A stretch of DNA of 63,000 nucleotides, filler included, from Candidatus Hydrogenedentota bacterium (GTDB lineage: Bacteria > JBFMHD01), in NCBI GenBank assembly GCA_040752395.1. It is 14 parts of 14 records of this genome, joined end to end, with 100 filler letters (N's around TTAATTAATTAA, not from the genome) between each part and the next. Parts side by side here need not be neighbours in the genome. Positions count along the whole stretch, not along the records: positions 1 to 18,111 come from JBFMHD010000026.1; 13 more parts are not named here. The stretch is one strand, 5' to 3'. Shown one piece after another: positions 1-10,430 of this stretch. Below the pieces are notes generated by a model. That model saw nothing but the letters and a program-made list of their open reading frames with translations, was not told the origin of the DNA and made no database searches. The translations under genes were made by a program, and so were the position numbers. Each line of letters begins with the position of its first letter. Positions within the stretch are counted from its first letter, which is position 1.

Positions 1-2
1 TT

Positions 3-647
3 GCCTCTGTTTTTGCTTTTATATTCGACCATTCGGGAAATAGTTCACATAAAGTTAATAGATTATGGGCAAAAATTATTATGTGGTTCAGTGGGTGCAG
101 GGTTGAGGTCATCGATAAAGAAAATTTAATAAGTGATAGTGGACAGATACTTGTGGCAAATCATCAAAGCGGGTTTGATATTTTTGTTTTGACCGCATAT
201 ATCCCTCTACAGATTCGGTGGCTTGCAAAAGAATCGTTGTTTAGAATACCTTTTATGGGTTGGGCAATGTTCGCTGCACGATATATAAGCATTGACCGCC
301 AGAACGCAAGAAAAGCAATCGTAAGCCTTAAACAAGCAATAGATACGGTCGCGAAAGGGGCATCTGTTGTAGTATTTCCAGAAGGGACAAGAACTCTAAC
401 AGGAAAACTCCAGGGCTTTAAAAAGGGTACGCTTTATATAGCTACAAAAGGCAGATTCCCGATTGTACCGATTACTATAATCGGAACTTATGATATAATG
501 AAAAAGGGGAGTTTCAGACTATTCCCACAACCAATTAAAATAATTATAGATAAACCAATCCTTTATTCTGAGATAGAAAATAAAAATGAAGATTATGTAC
601 TTGAAACATTAAGAAATCTCATTTTATCTAATCTAAGCAGTCAGTGA
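3..647 (+). CDS. plsC: 1-acyl-sn-glycerol-3-phosphate acyltransferase (5' end beyond the window)
   Basis: NHQSGFD (HX4D) and VFPEGTR motifs; the frame is open back to position 3. Confidence 0.9.
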   Translation, partial: ASVFAFIFDHSGNSSHKVNRLWAKIIMWFSGCRVEVIDKENLISDSGQILVANHQSGFDIFVLTAYIPLQIRWLAKESLFRIPFMGWAMFAARYISIDRQNARKAIVSLKQAIDTVAKGASVVVFPEGTRTLTGKLQGFKKGTLYIATKGRFPIVPITIIGTYDIMKKGSFRLFPQPIKIIIDKPILYSEIENKNEDYVLETLRNLILSNLSSQ

Positions 648-1366
648 GTTTTGTCTTCTGTGTCCAAAAAAATAATTTTTAGGAGATCAATAAATAGCGA
701 GACAGGTGTTTTTAGAGGGTGGAGTTTGGAACCCGGGACATCGGTAAAGGGTACATCTATCTGTGCAAATTTTAATCTCTTCTTTCTTATTTTTTTTAAT
801 ATCTCAAGATCGAAACCAAATTTTTGAAGTTTTAAGCAGAAAAAAAGAGCGACAACCACGCTCTTACGAAAAATTTTAAAAGGACATTGAGTATCATCGA
901 ACTGGGGTAATATTAATTTTGTTAAAAGATGAAAAATAAGACCCGTGAATTGACGGTACCACTTACGTTTTGATATCTCTTTTTTTCGTCTGCCCAATAT
1001 AACATCGGTCTTACTATTTTCGAATTCTTTAATAATATCTAGTGTTTTAAGTGGGATAGGGATATCCACATCAGTGAACATTACCCAATTACCTGAGGCA
1101 GCAAGCATACCATCACGCACCACAGCGCCTTTACCCCGATTTCTGGGATGATTTAATATTTTTATTATTACTCTATCAGAAAAAAGCTCTTTAAAGGTTT
1201 CAAGTAAGAAAGCTGTTTTATCAGTTGAACCATCATTAGAGAAGATTAATTCAATAGGGTAATCTGAAGTTGTAATGAATTCACTGATTGTGATGAGACT
1301 TTTCTTTAATCTCGATTCTTCGTTATAGACTGGGAAGACTATACTTAGATATGGGTTATCTTTCAT
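641..1366 (-). CDS. GT2 glycosyltransferase, polyprenyl-phosphate glycosyltransferase-like
   Basis: LSIVFPVYNE, NDGSTD, NRGKG, FTDVD, DTQCPFK and FGFDLEIL motifs; ATG at 1366. Confidence 0.85.
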   Translation of the reverse strand: MKDNPYLSIVFPVYNEESRLKKSLITISEFITTSDYPIELIFSNDGSTDKTAFLLETFKELFSDRVIIKILNHPRNRGKGAVVRDGMLAASGNWVMFTDVDIPIPLKTLDIIKEFENSKTDVILGRRKKEISKRKWYRQFTGLIFHLLTKLILPQFDDTQCPFKIFRKSVVVALFFCLKLQKFGFDLEILKKIRKKRLKFAQIDVPFTDVPGSKLHPLKTPVSLFIDLLKIIFLDTEDKTH

Positions 1367-1370
1367 ATAA

Positions 1371-3410
1371 TCAATCCGCTGGTAACTCAATTTTTTTTAT
1401 TCGAACAAGCTCGAGAGATGTATGCGCTCTTATACGTGTTGCGATATAGCCGCAGTAATCGAGAAAATTATCAGATTTTAGTCTTTGAAATTTCTCTTTT
1501 GGAAAATTTGGATTCTTGGATGGTTTGCAGGTAGCTGCTGAGGGATGGCCACCATCCTCCGACGAACCTATAACTGACATCAATACACCGAGATCAAGCG
1601 CAGTATCCATCTCATTTACTTTCCTTGTGGTCATTAAACTCGAACCATAAGTATAAAAAAAGTAATCCATATCGAGCTTCTCTTTAAGATAATTTATGGC
1701 TGAAGCTATGTTAATACGTGATTCCTTGCCAGACTGATAGGGTGATAGAGATATATAAATTTTATGAGTATTTGTTCTATCGGACCTGTAAAGAAATTTA
1801 GAGATGTCAATTGTATTGAATGAAATTTTATTTACTAACCGAGAAAGAAATTTTCTAATGCCACTCAACCTGTCTAAATAATTACCATCTTTAACAGGTG
1901 TGCGGAACTCTATCAAAACAAGATTTTTAAGTATCTTCTTACAATATTGTTGTAATTCGCGTTCGTATTTGATAACCTCAAGTCTCCAGCCAGTAGTATT
2001 GAGAATATTATCTATTTCATCTTTAGATTTTATATGCATTAATCTCTGAACCATCTCGATTTTCGAATGTCTTGAACCTATCAATTTTGATATATCAATA
2101 GCATTCCTATCTTCAATAATATGGAGGTCTTGAACATGCGCAAGCCGGGTTAATTCTTCTATTCCTGAATTATTGATCTCTGTATCTTTTATCAAAGATT
2201 CATATATCATATCAGTTCCACATTTCTGTTCCTCTTTTGTCTGTGATTCTCCTTTTTTAGGGCCTGATAAAGCAAAATGTTCAATAACATTTTCTTCTTT
2301 TAATCTGACAAGAGTATTAAGTATTTCATTGGTCCAGGGGTGATGGTCATCAAAACGTTTGTATATACTTCCAACTTTTAACAGGGCTCGAGCCGATTCT
2401 TCAAGATCAGGTATAGCATCGAATGGGAAGTCAGGGATGTATATATCGCAGTTTTGATGTCGGGTAAGATGCATAAAACTTTCCTGATAATTTACGAAAT
2501 CAAACTGGTAATCTAAACCATAAACAGGCTCCTTTTTGAACTCCTTCATGAAATTATGTAAGAACCAGGCACCATAAAGAGAATTCGACCCTATGGTATC
2601 GAGGTCTCCGCCTTGCTCAAAGATTCGCTGTATCTCAATAAGACCTGCAACCACTTCTTCTCCAGAACCAGACTGTTTATCAATGTAATCTTTTATGAGT
2701 TTTTTTGCCTCGGACTCAAGTAGTTTTCTGTCTTTCTCAAGGTCACCTATGATCTTTTTTAAATTGTGTGCGATGGTGTGATGGTCAGGAGCATCCATAC
2801 CAAAAAGTGAAGAAAGAATTGAAAGGGATTCTTTATAAACTGTTTCCGCAAGCTCGTTACCTGATAAATCAGGTTTTTCTGTACTTATAAAATTAAGCTT
2901 CTCATTGATTTTGAACTGACTTAATTGAGTAAGATCAGATTCATTACCTATATCATATTGATAAAATGGAGCGATAAGAAGCTTTGAGATGTAAAGTTTA
3001 TCAAGACTTGATAATAGTTTATTTTTATGCATCTCACTTGGTTCATATATAAGATAACGGATTAACCTTAAATTCTGTGAGTGTGTATAATAATTACCCT
3101 CATTATAATATATTTTGGTCTCTAATAAAGAGATAACAAAACGTAATGCACCGATTAATCTTATGCCGCGACCATGAATTATAAATATTTTTTTTCTATG
3201 CGAAACTGAAGCAAGAGCAGAATCACTTGTTTCAGCATATTGTTGGTCATAATTAGTCAGGGTATTAAGTTCAGGAATATCAGAAACAAAAACCCAGGAG
3301 TCACTGCCTTCGGGACAAACCTGTGTCTGTTGGGTTATCCCCATATTCTGCAGTTCAGAAACATTACAAGGTCCCTGAACCTCATTATCAATATATATCC
3401 AATACCTCAT
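1371..3410 (-). CDS. Protein with N-terminal GYF_2/DUF4339-like domain and C-terminal DHH/DHHA1-like phosphoesterase region
   Basis: N-terminal YWIY..VQGP..EL..GIT..TQVCPEG...W; later FDDHHPW and GGHPSAA motifs. Confidence 0.55.
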   Translation of the reverse strand: MRYWIYIDNEVQGPCNVSELQNMGITQQTQVCPEGSDSWVFVSDIPELNTLTNYDQQYAETSDSALASVSHRKKIFIIHGRGIRLIGALRFVISLLETKIYYNEGNYYTHSQNLRLIRYLIYEPSEMHKNKLLSSLDKLYISKLLIAPFYQYDIGNESDLTQLSQFKINEKLNFISTEKPDLSGNELAETVYKESLSILSSLFGMDAPDHHTIAHNLKKIIGDLEKDRKLLESEAKKLIKDYIDKQSGSGEEVVAGLIEIQRIFEQGGDLDTIGSNSLYGAWFLHNFMKEFKKEPVYGLDYQFDFVNYQESFMHLTRHQNCDIYIPDFPFDAIPDLEESARALLKVGSIYKRFDDHHPWTNEILNTLVRLKEENVIEHFALSGPKKGESQTKEEQKCGTDMIYESLIKDTEINNSGIEELTRLAHVQDLHIIEDRNAIDISKLIGSRHSKIEMVQRLMHIKSKDEIDNILNTTGWRLEVIKYERELQQYCKKILKNLVLIEFRTPVKDGNYLDRLSGIRKFLSRLVNKISFNTIDISKFLYRSDRTNTHKIYISLSPYQSGKESRINIASAINYLKEKLDMDYFFYTYGSSLMTTRKVNEMDTALDLGVLMSVIGSSEDGGHPSAATCKPSKNPNFPKEKFQRLKSDNFLDYCGYIATRIRAHTSLELVRIKKIELPAD

Positions 3411-3752
3411 ATATTTTAAGTCTAAATTATAGCTTATTTTAAGTCAAATAAAACTCTCTTGTCTCTGAAAAAGTCATTTTTAGATGTTCTATACGTCTTT
3501 GTGCCTTTGTGCCTCTCCATCGCAAATTGAAAATTGCAAATTTATTCGTCTTCTGAAAACCAGTGTCTAAATTACAAGAAGATGATACAAATATCTTGAC
3601 TGAATAGCTGAAAAACAAAGAAAAAAAGTTCTCGTTGAAAGAAAAAAATCATCATTACTCAATTTCGTAAAACTTGGAATTAAATAGTGGCAGATAATGT
3701 ATAGAACAAAATGAGATTTGTTTACAAATTTACGCAGGAAATTATTTTATTT

Positions 3753-3927
3753 TTATAAAAGTTCCCCAAAATCGTTAATATCGAGCCGAGCTTGTTTGAG
3801 AATATGTGATAATGTTGACCTTTTAACTGGTTTATGAGCAGGAAAATTCATCAGGCAGACGTTTTTGTAACCGAATATGTAAAGCATTTATTATTTTTAT
3901 ATAGTCAAGCGATGGAATCTTTGTCAT
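3753..3927 (-). pseudogene. hicA: HicA-family toxin pseudogene (internal deletions and a frameshift)
   Basis: ATG overlaps the hicB stop (ATGA). Reads MTKIPSLDYIKIINAL-HIRLQKRLPDE then stops at 3832; PAHKPVKRSTLSHILKQARLDINDFGELL* is in another frame (3842-3753). Confidence 0.75.
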
Positions 3928-4127
3928 ACGGCAAGTTCTAAAATTTCTAAACCCTCAGTACCTGCTAAATCATCTTCAACAGGCTCGAGATACAATTCTA
4001 TAGCCTCTTTTATATTTTTTAAAGCTTCTTCTTTAGTATCTCCCTCGCTTATGCAACCGGGCAAAGATGGTACGTATACTGTATATCCCCCTTCATTACT
4101 TGGTTCGAAAACTACTTTTAATTTCAC
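3924..4127 (-). CDS. hicB: HicB-family antitoxin
   Basis: EGGYTVYVPSLPGCISEGDTKEEALKNIKEAIELYLE; GTG start at 4127 after GAGGAGG (the longer ORF-track N-terminus is repeat sequence). Confidence 0.85.
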   Translation of the reverse strand: MKLKVVFEPSNEGGYTVYVPSLPGCISEGDTKEEALKNIKEAIELYLEPVEDDLAGTEGLEILELAV

Positions 4128-4130
4128 TAC

Positions 4131-4222
4131 CTTTCCTCCTCTGAAAAACATTGTAACTCTAATGATATCAAGTAGAAGCAAGAAGCAAGATTACGGAATC
4201 CCACTGAAGACTGAGGGGATAC
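4131..4222 (-). repeat. Mosaic intergenic repeat copy (terminal SD module)
   Basis: Minus strand: TCTTGCTTCTTGCTTCTACTTGATATCATTAGAGTTACAATGTTTTTCAGAGGAGG. Confidence 0.9.
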
Positions 4223-4306
4223 CATTATTTTTTCAAAACGATTGACATTTACTTGTGTATCTTAATAATTAAGCAGAGCGATAATTTATAAACTGGATTA
4301 ATTTAA

Positions 4307-6814
4307 ATGAGAAACGAGAAAATAAAAATACTTTTTTGCTACATTATTACAGTGGCTATATTATATTACCCCGTTGTATTTATGGGACGTTCGCTTATAC
4401 CTTCACTCTATTATCCCTCACCTGTGATGGACTTAAATGATTTAAAAATGAGAAAAGTTTTATATGGTACCTTTTTAGTAGATTTACCTACACCTGTATA
4501 TTATGAAGAACCGACAAATAAAATAGTTGGTGATATGATAAAAAATGGTAAGGTACCGTTATGGGATCCCTATACAGGGTTGGGAGTACCTCTTGCTGCT
4601 CAATACAGTTCAAGAGCATTTTTTCCATATCAGATACTTGAGAATATCTCGCCTTACTTCTTATGGGATTACTTTATACTGTTTCGACTGGTTATCGCAG
4701 GTTTTTTTACTTATTTATTTTTAAGAAGACTCAATATCAATATTTTACCTGCTTTTATAACTGGTGTTATCTATCAATTTTCAGGTTCATTTACGTGGTT
4801 TATAAATCTTGAACAATTAGTAAATGTTGGGATGCTGGTCCCTGTTTTTCTTTTTACGATCCAGAGGTTATTACAGAAAAATACCATTAAAAATCAATTT
4901 ATACTCTCGTTTGTAATTGCTATGGTATTATACGCAGGTCAGCCAGAAACAGCTTTATATGTTTTGACACTTGGGTTTTTATATACAGGGTTTGGTTTAT
5001 GGCAAAGAAGTGGAGAAACAGGGATAGAAAAATGTATTTTAGGCCACGTATTATCATGGTTAATAGGTTTTATGTTTGCCTCTCCGCTTCTATTACCATT
5101 TTTAGAACTCGCTTTTGATTCACATCATCTTCATTTTTTTAAAGAAAAATTAGGATTACAGCATCTATCAGGATTCACTTATTTATTACATATATTATTA
5201 CCCGGGGTTAGTGTTGATTCAGGTTATTGCCTTTTATTCCCTTGTGCCATGGTCTGGGATTTCACTGGCAGTTATGTAAGTATTGCGGTATGGATTTTAA
5301 TCTTTGCTACTATATTTAAAAAGAATATTCTATACAAAAAAGAGTTAATTTTTTTTGTTGTTTGTGGTTTTATAATACTTTTTCAGAGACTTGGTATCCC
5401 ACCATTCAGATATATAGGGAATCTTCTGCTTTTCGACCTTGTTTTTGTTCCCAGATGGACATCTCCTGTATGGAGTCTTTGTTTTGCGCTTGGTGCTGGT
5501 TTGTGTCTTCATAATATTTCAGTTATATCCTTAAAAGATATTTTAGTTTCACTTTTAATATTTATTTTATTATTTATATCTTTGAATATTTATTTATCTA
5601 CTACTATTTTTGATGTTATTTGTGGATATCCTTTATATAAATATTCCTATCTTCAGAGTATAATTGTATTTTTATTTTTTATTTTTATGTTATTGTTGAT
5701 TTTTAAAAAAATTAACGACGTTAAAACCAGGCTTGTTTCCATCTTATTACTTATCCTTTTTGAACTATGGTTCTATATACCAAAGGGTTATGAGATGAAA
5801 TGGAATTATATTTTATTCATCCCGCTTATACTCGGATGGTCTACTCTGTTTATTATAGAAAATAGAAAAAAACAGCTATTTTTAATCCTGTCTGCTATAT
5901 TGAGTTATATTATTATCGAGTTAATTTCTCCTACTGGTTTACCACTAAGAAGGGACCCGTTCCCAATCTTAGCAAGTATAAATAAGATTAAAGAACTAGG
6001 ATATAGTAGAATTGTTGGGCTGGATAGAAGATTTATGCCAAATTATGCAGGAGCGTATCAATTATTTGATGTAAGATATATAAATGCCTTATCACCGATT
6101 GAATATCATAATTTCGCTAATTATAATCTTCTATCAAAGCCGTTAACTAAATATAATATTCTATGGTTTATAGGTGTTTCAGATTCAGATGTATCATTCT
6201 ATGAAGACTTTATAAAGAGGAAAAATATTTATTCCTGGCTTGGGGTAAAATATGTATTTTCATCCCCTTACTATAAATTTGACCTGCCTCTGATCTATAA
6301 AGACCCGTATACAATTATATATGAAAATAAAGAATATCATCCCAGGACTTACATTGTATTCGATACAGAAAAAGCTAATAATATCTACGAGGCACAGTTA
6401 AAAATTAATAATGACTTTGATTTTAGGAATAAAGCTATAGTTGAAAAAAATATAAAAATCAAGCCAGATGATAAGAAAGAAAGAAGATGGGAAGCAAATA
6501 TATTAAAATATGAACCCAACACCATTGAGATAGAAACTTTTTCATCTATCGATGGTCTTCTTGTGCTTACAGATTCATATTATAAAGGTTGGAAGGTTTT
6601 TGTAGATGGTAAAGAGAACGAGTTATTACGAGTTAATGGTCTGGTAAGGGGTGTGGTAGTGGCTGCGGGCAGACATAATGTAATTTTCAGATACATGCCA
6701 TTAACATTTAAAGCAGGGTGTGGGTTGCTGTTTGTTGGTTTATTGTTTTATACCGGCTGTTCTCTCACTTACAGAGAAAAAAAGTGGCAAGGAGCAAGAA
6801 ATGGCACAAATTAA
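4307..6814 (+). CDS. YfhO-like multi-TM protein (GT-C glycosyltransferase-like)
   Basis: PLWDPY..LGVP, many TM helices, C-terminal LVLTDSYYKGWKVFVDG...G.HNV.FRY.P. Confidence 0.75.
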   Translation: MRNEKIKILFCYIITVAILYYPVVFMGRSLIPSLYYPSPVMDLNDLKMRKVLYGTFLVDLPTPVYYEEPTNKIVGDMIKNGKVPLWDPYTGLGVPLAAQYSSRAFFPYQILENISPYFLWDYFILFRLVIAGFFTYLFLRRLNINILPAFITGVIYQFSGSFTWFINLEQLVNVGMLVPVFLFTIQRLLQKNTIKNQFILSFVIAMVLYAGQPETALYVLTLGFLYTGFGLWQRSGETGIEKCILGHVLSWLIGFMFASPLLLPFLELAFDSHHLHFFKEKLGLQHLSGFTYLLHILLPGVSVDSGYCLLFPCAMVWDFTGSYVSIAVWILIFATIFKKNILYKKELIFFVVCGFIILFQRLGIPPFRYIGNLLLFDLVFVPRWTSPVWSLCFALGAGLCLHNISVISLKDILVSLLIFILLFISLNIYLSTTIFDVICGYPLYKYSYLQSIIVFLFFIFMLLLIFKKINDVKTRLVSILLLILFELWFYIPKGYEMKWNYILFIPLILGWSTLFIIENRKKQLFLILSAILSYIIIELISPTGLPLRRDPFPILASINKIKELGYSRIVGLDRRFMPNYAGAYQLFDVRYINALSPIEYHNFANYNLLSKPLTKYNILWFIGVSDSDVSFYEDFIKRKNIYSWLGVKYVFSSPYYKFDLPLIYKDPYTIIYENKEYHPRTYIVFDTEKANNIYEAQLKINNDFDFRNKAIVEKNIKIKPDDKKERRWEANILKYEPNTIEIETFSSIDGLLVLTDSYYKGWKVFVDGKENELLRVNGLVRGVVVAAGRHNVIFRYMPLTFKAGCGLLFVGLLFYTGCSLTYREKKWQGARNGTN

Positions 6815-8390
6815 GTGGCAAGCCTTAAGAAATAGTTTTTTAACGGAATTTATACTGATCCTTTCGATACTTTTATGTTTCACGTTTATTTATTTGTTCC
6901 CGGTATTATCAAATATTTCTGATAATTTACCCAGGGAGAGATATAAAGGTGATATACCTTTTCACATCTGGAATTATGAGTGGATAATAGATAATATCAA
7001 ATATTTCCCCGCTGAAAGATTTTTTAATGCAAATATTTTTTATCCTCACAACTACACCCTTGCATATTCAGACCTCGAAATTACGAATTCTCTACAATAC
7101 TTTATTTTTAAACTCATTACAGATAATAAAATAGCATCTTATAACCTCTTGGCCATTTTAAACTTTATTTTAACAGGTTTAGCCTTCTATCTTTTTTTAA
7201 GAATCCTATCACTTAAAATATCAACAAGTATAATAATGTCTGCTGTTTTTACCTTTCTTCCCAGTAGAACAATGGACTTCTGTAGTTTACCTGTCTTAAG
7301 TTTACAATGGTTTATTTTATCTATTATGTTTTTCTATCTATTTCTTATAAATAAACGTTTGGTCTATTTAATATTAACATCAATCTTTTTTATATTTCAG
7401 ATTCTCACAAGTTTATATTTAAGTTTATTTCTTCTTATTATTTATATAATTTTTGTTTTAATCAATCTTTTATTTAAAAGTATAAGATTGTCTAAAAAAG
7501 AATTTAAATATATATTTTTTATATTGATTGTTACTTTGATTATATCTTATCTATTTTTATGGCCATATTTTAAAATACGAACAGATAGAGAAATCTATCC
7601 AAGAGAATTAAAAAACTATCTAATATTAAAAGATATTTTTACATCATCAGGTCATTATTATCCGTGTACCTTAACATTTATTTTTTTTATCTATTTCTGG
7701 ATGTTAAGAATAAAACAGAGAGATAAATATGATTATTTATTCGCTGCCTCGATAGTCTCGATAATTTTGTTTTTACTTATTGGTACAGTATTTTCACCAT
7801 TTTTGAAATTACCAATCTTTAAAGACTTAAAAGAGCTCCATAGATGTGGGATACCGGTGATCTTGTTTCTTTTTATCTTATCAGCTATCGGATTAGATAA
7901 ATTTATTTCAAGATTAACTAAATGGAAGTATTTATCGATTTTATTAATCATTATGCTAAATTTTAGCGAGAGTTATAAGTATATCAGAACAGAAAAGAAC
8001 GACTTTCTAAAAACAAGACCCGCAATTTATAGCCATATTAAAAGTTTAGATATTATTATAGAGTATCCATTACCTGTTTTTACATTACCCCATTCGTATT
8101 GTTGGGAACAACTTTATATGTATTATTCTATTGATAGATGGTATAAACTCTTTAATGGCTACAGCAGTTTCATACCAATAGATTTTTTCAAAAAGTACTC
8201 AATCTTAAAGACTTTTCCATCACAGCAAGCAATTGATTTATTAAAGGAGATGGGTATAGAATATATTATTATTCATACCTCTGTGTATGATAAAAGCTAT
8301 ATAGATGAGGTATTCAGTTTTATAGACCAGAATAGACAAAAACTAAGTTTTGTTGTAAAAGAGAATAACGATATATTAATCAGATTATAA
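6801..8390 (+). CDS. Multi-TM GT-C glycosyltransferase-like protein
   Basis: GD.PFHIWN..W, FNANIFYPH..TLAYSD and NGYSSF.P motifs; ATG 6801 preceded by AGGAG. Confidence 0.7.
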   Translation: MAQIKWQALRNSFLTEFILILSILLCFTFIYLFPVLSNISDNLPRERYKGDIPFHIWNYEWIIDNIKYFPAERFFNANIFYPHNYTLAYSDLEITNSLQYFIFKLITDNKIASYNLLAILNFILTGLAFYLFLRILSLKISTSIIMSAVFTFLPSRTMDFCSLPVLSLQWFILSIMFFYLFLINKRLVYLILTSIFFIFQILTSLYLSLFLLIIYIIFVLINLLFKSIRLSKKEFKYIFFILIVTLIISYLFLWPYFKIRTDREIYPRELKNYLILKDIFTSSGHYYPCTLTFIFFIYFWMLRIKQRDKYDYLFAASIVSIILFLLIGTVFSPFLKLPIFKDLKELHRCGIPVILFLFILSAIGLDKFISRLTKWKYLSILLIIMLNFSESYKYIRTEKNDFLKTRPAIYSHIKSLDIIIEYPLPVFTLPHSYCWEQLYMYYSIDRWYKLFNGYSSFIPIDFFKKYSILKTFPSQQAIDLLKEMGIEYIIIHTSVYDKSYIDEVFSFIDQNRQKLSFVVKENNDILIRL

Positions 8391-8627
8391 TCTACCCAAT
8401 TCTATTTTTAAGTCGTCCAGTGTTTTACCTGCACCTTTAAGAATTGCTTTTAATGTCCCACGCCTTAGAATTGTCTTCTTGTGTCTTGGAACAGATATTA
8501 TTCTTTTTTCTGCCAGATTTTTATAAATCGCATGGCTCGTCCCGCTTTGTCGTATAAATTCAAATCCCCATTATTTTATTACTTTGATAAGTTCTTCACT
8601 GGTAATTGCAGGAAATCTATCACTCAT
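8385..8627 (-). pseudogene. hicA: HicA-family toxin with an in-frame premature stop
   Basis: MSDRFPAITSEELIKVIK*WGFEFIRQSGTSHAIY...SVPRHKKTILRRGTLKAILKGAG; TAA at 8573-8571. Confidence 0.8.
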
Positions 8628-8664
8628 AATAAAATTACTACATATCCTTTGATTGATTGCATAA

Positions 8665-8899
8665 CTACACTGCTACCCTTATATTTGTTATTGCCAAATC
8701 TTCTTTTGGTAGTTCAATTGCATCTTTGATATACTCTTGAATAAAATCCTTCACTACCTCTCTTATTTCTTTCAACGCTTCATCATAAGTTTTCATTTGA
8801 ACGACACAACCATCAAAGGCAGGGACAGTAGCAATATAATCCCCTGAATTTATGTCCCTTTCAATTATCACGGTAATAATTAAATTCTTTATGTATCAT
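8665..8899 (-). pseudogene. hicB: HicB-family antitoxin, frameshifted near its start
   Basis: The AGGAG-led ATG at 8899 (MIHKEFNY) is one base out of frame with TVIIERD..YIATVPAFDGC...EAL; the in-frame GTG at 8871 has no SD. Confidence 0.65.
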
Positions 8900-9022
8900 A
8901 GTTTTTATCTCCTAAAATAGCTTTTATCTATTTTGTTTCAAAAGTCAATTAACAATTTAAAAACTTTAAGCTTGATTTTTAAATAATAATTCTTATAATG
9001 AAAAATTTGTGAGAGGTAAAAA

Positions 9023-9484
9023 ATGGATAAAGTAAAGATTGAGTTTAAAGTAAATAACAAAGAGGTTATTATAGAGACGTATCCCTGGAAAACACTGCTT
9101 GGGGTCTTAAGAGATGAGCTGGGATTAACAGGTACCAAAGAAGGCTGTGGTAAAGGTGAGTGTGGTGCCTGCACCGTGATATTGAATGGTAGAGCTGTTA
9201 ATTCCTGTCTTGTACTCGCTGTTAATTTAGAAGGATGCGAGGTGTTAACTATTGAGGGAATCTCGCAAAAAAACAAACTCCATCCCATACAAGAAAGTTT
9301 TGTTAAGAAGGGAGCTATACAATGTGGGTTCTGTACTCCCGGGATGGTTATGTCTGCTTATGCTTTACTGCAAAAAAATAAAAATCCATCAATAGAAGAG
9401 ATCAAAGAAGCCATAGCTGGTAATCTATGCAGATGCACAGGATACACAAAGATTATTGAAGCGATCAAAGAGGCTGCAAAATGA
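9023..9484 (+). CDS. (2Fe-2S)-binding small subunit, xanthine/CO dehydrogenase family
   Basis: GTKEGCGKGECGACTV, QCGFCTPG and GNLCRCTGY. Confidence 0.92.
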   Translation: MDKVKIEFKVNNKEVIIETYPWKTLLGVLRDELGLTGTKEGCGKGECGACTVILNGRAVNSCLVLAVNLEGCEVLTIEGISQKNKLHPIQESFVKKGAIQCGFCTPGMVMSAYALLQKNKNPSIEEIKEAIAGNLCRCTGYTKIIEAIKEAAK

Positions 9485-10338
9485 AGAGGTTTAATGTTAT
9501 TGTTCCTTTAACTCTAAAAGAATTACTCAAACTTAAATCAAGATATAAAGACAAAGCCAGAATCATTGCTGGTGGTACTGATAATTTAGTTCGCTGGAAA
9601 GATAATATTGGGGTACCTGATACTGCTATCTCGATTATGAAAATCAAAGAATTAAAAGCGATAAACAAGAAAGGTAATACCATCTCAATTGGTGCAACGT
9701 GTACTTTTACTGATATAATAGAGTCAAAGATTGTTAATAAGTATGGGAGTGTTTTAGTTCAGGCTTGTAGAGAGATAGGTGCGGTCCAGATAAGGAATGT
9801 TGGTACTATAGGTGGGAATATAGCCAATGCTTCACCTGCTGGAGATACGATCCCTCCTCTGATGGTTTTAAATGCCAAGATTAAAGTTATAAGTTTAAAA
9901 AGAAGTCGTGAAATACCGATAACAGAATTTTTTACAGGACCGGGTAAAACCGTATTAAAATCTGATGAAATTATAGAGGGTATATATTTTCAAAAAATGG
10001 AAAAAGATGATAAATCTTTTTTTCTAAAAATTGGGCCGCGTCGGGCACAGGCTATATCAAAAGTTTCAAGCTGCGGGATTGTGAGATTGGATAGGAATAA
10101 AAGAGTAAAAAAGGTGTGGCTTGCATTAGGAGCCGTAGCACCAACTGTTATCAGACTTAATAAATTAGAGGATTATTTACAAAATAAAGTCATTACAGAT
10201 GCTATCTTACAACAAACTCAAAAACAAGCATCTTTATTATCAATCCCTATCTCTGATATAAGATCAACCGCAGAATACAGAAAACATATCGCAGGGGTAC
10301 TGATACGCAGGGGGCTTGAAATGATAGGAAAAGCTTAA
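9481..10338 (+). CDS. FAD-binding medium subunit, xanthine/CO dehydrogenase family
   Basis: IAGGTD, QIRNVGTIGGNIANASPAGD and SDIRSTAEYR. Confidence 0.92.
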   Translation: MKRFNVIVPLTLKELLKLKSRYKDKARIIAGGTDNLVRWKDNIGVPDTAISIMKIKELKAINKKGNTISIGATCTFTDIIESKIVNKYGSVLVQACREIGAVQIRNVGTIGGNIANASPAGDTIPPLMVLNAKIKVISLKRSREIPITEFFTGPGKTVLKSDEIIEGIYFQKMEKDDKSFFLKIGPRRAQAISKVSSCGIVRLDRNKRVKKVWLALGAVAPTVIRLNKLEDYLQNKVITDAILQQTQKQASLLSIPISDIRSTAEYRKHIAGVLIRRGLEMIGKA

Positions 10339-10430
10339 TTTTTAAAAGATGACTGGCATTAAAAAAGCTAGTTTTATAAAATTTTTAAACAAATATTTTT
10401 AAAAGAGACCTGGTAAAGTGATGAGGAGAG

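Noticed and set aside
8571-8573. Stop-codon reassignment to explain the in-frame TAA in hicA
   Set aside because: TAA, TAG and TGA all terminate conserved genes normally in this window.
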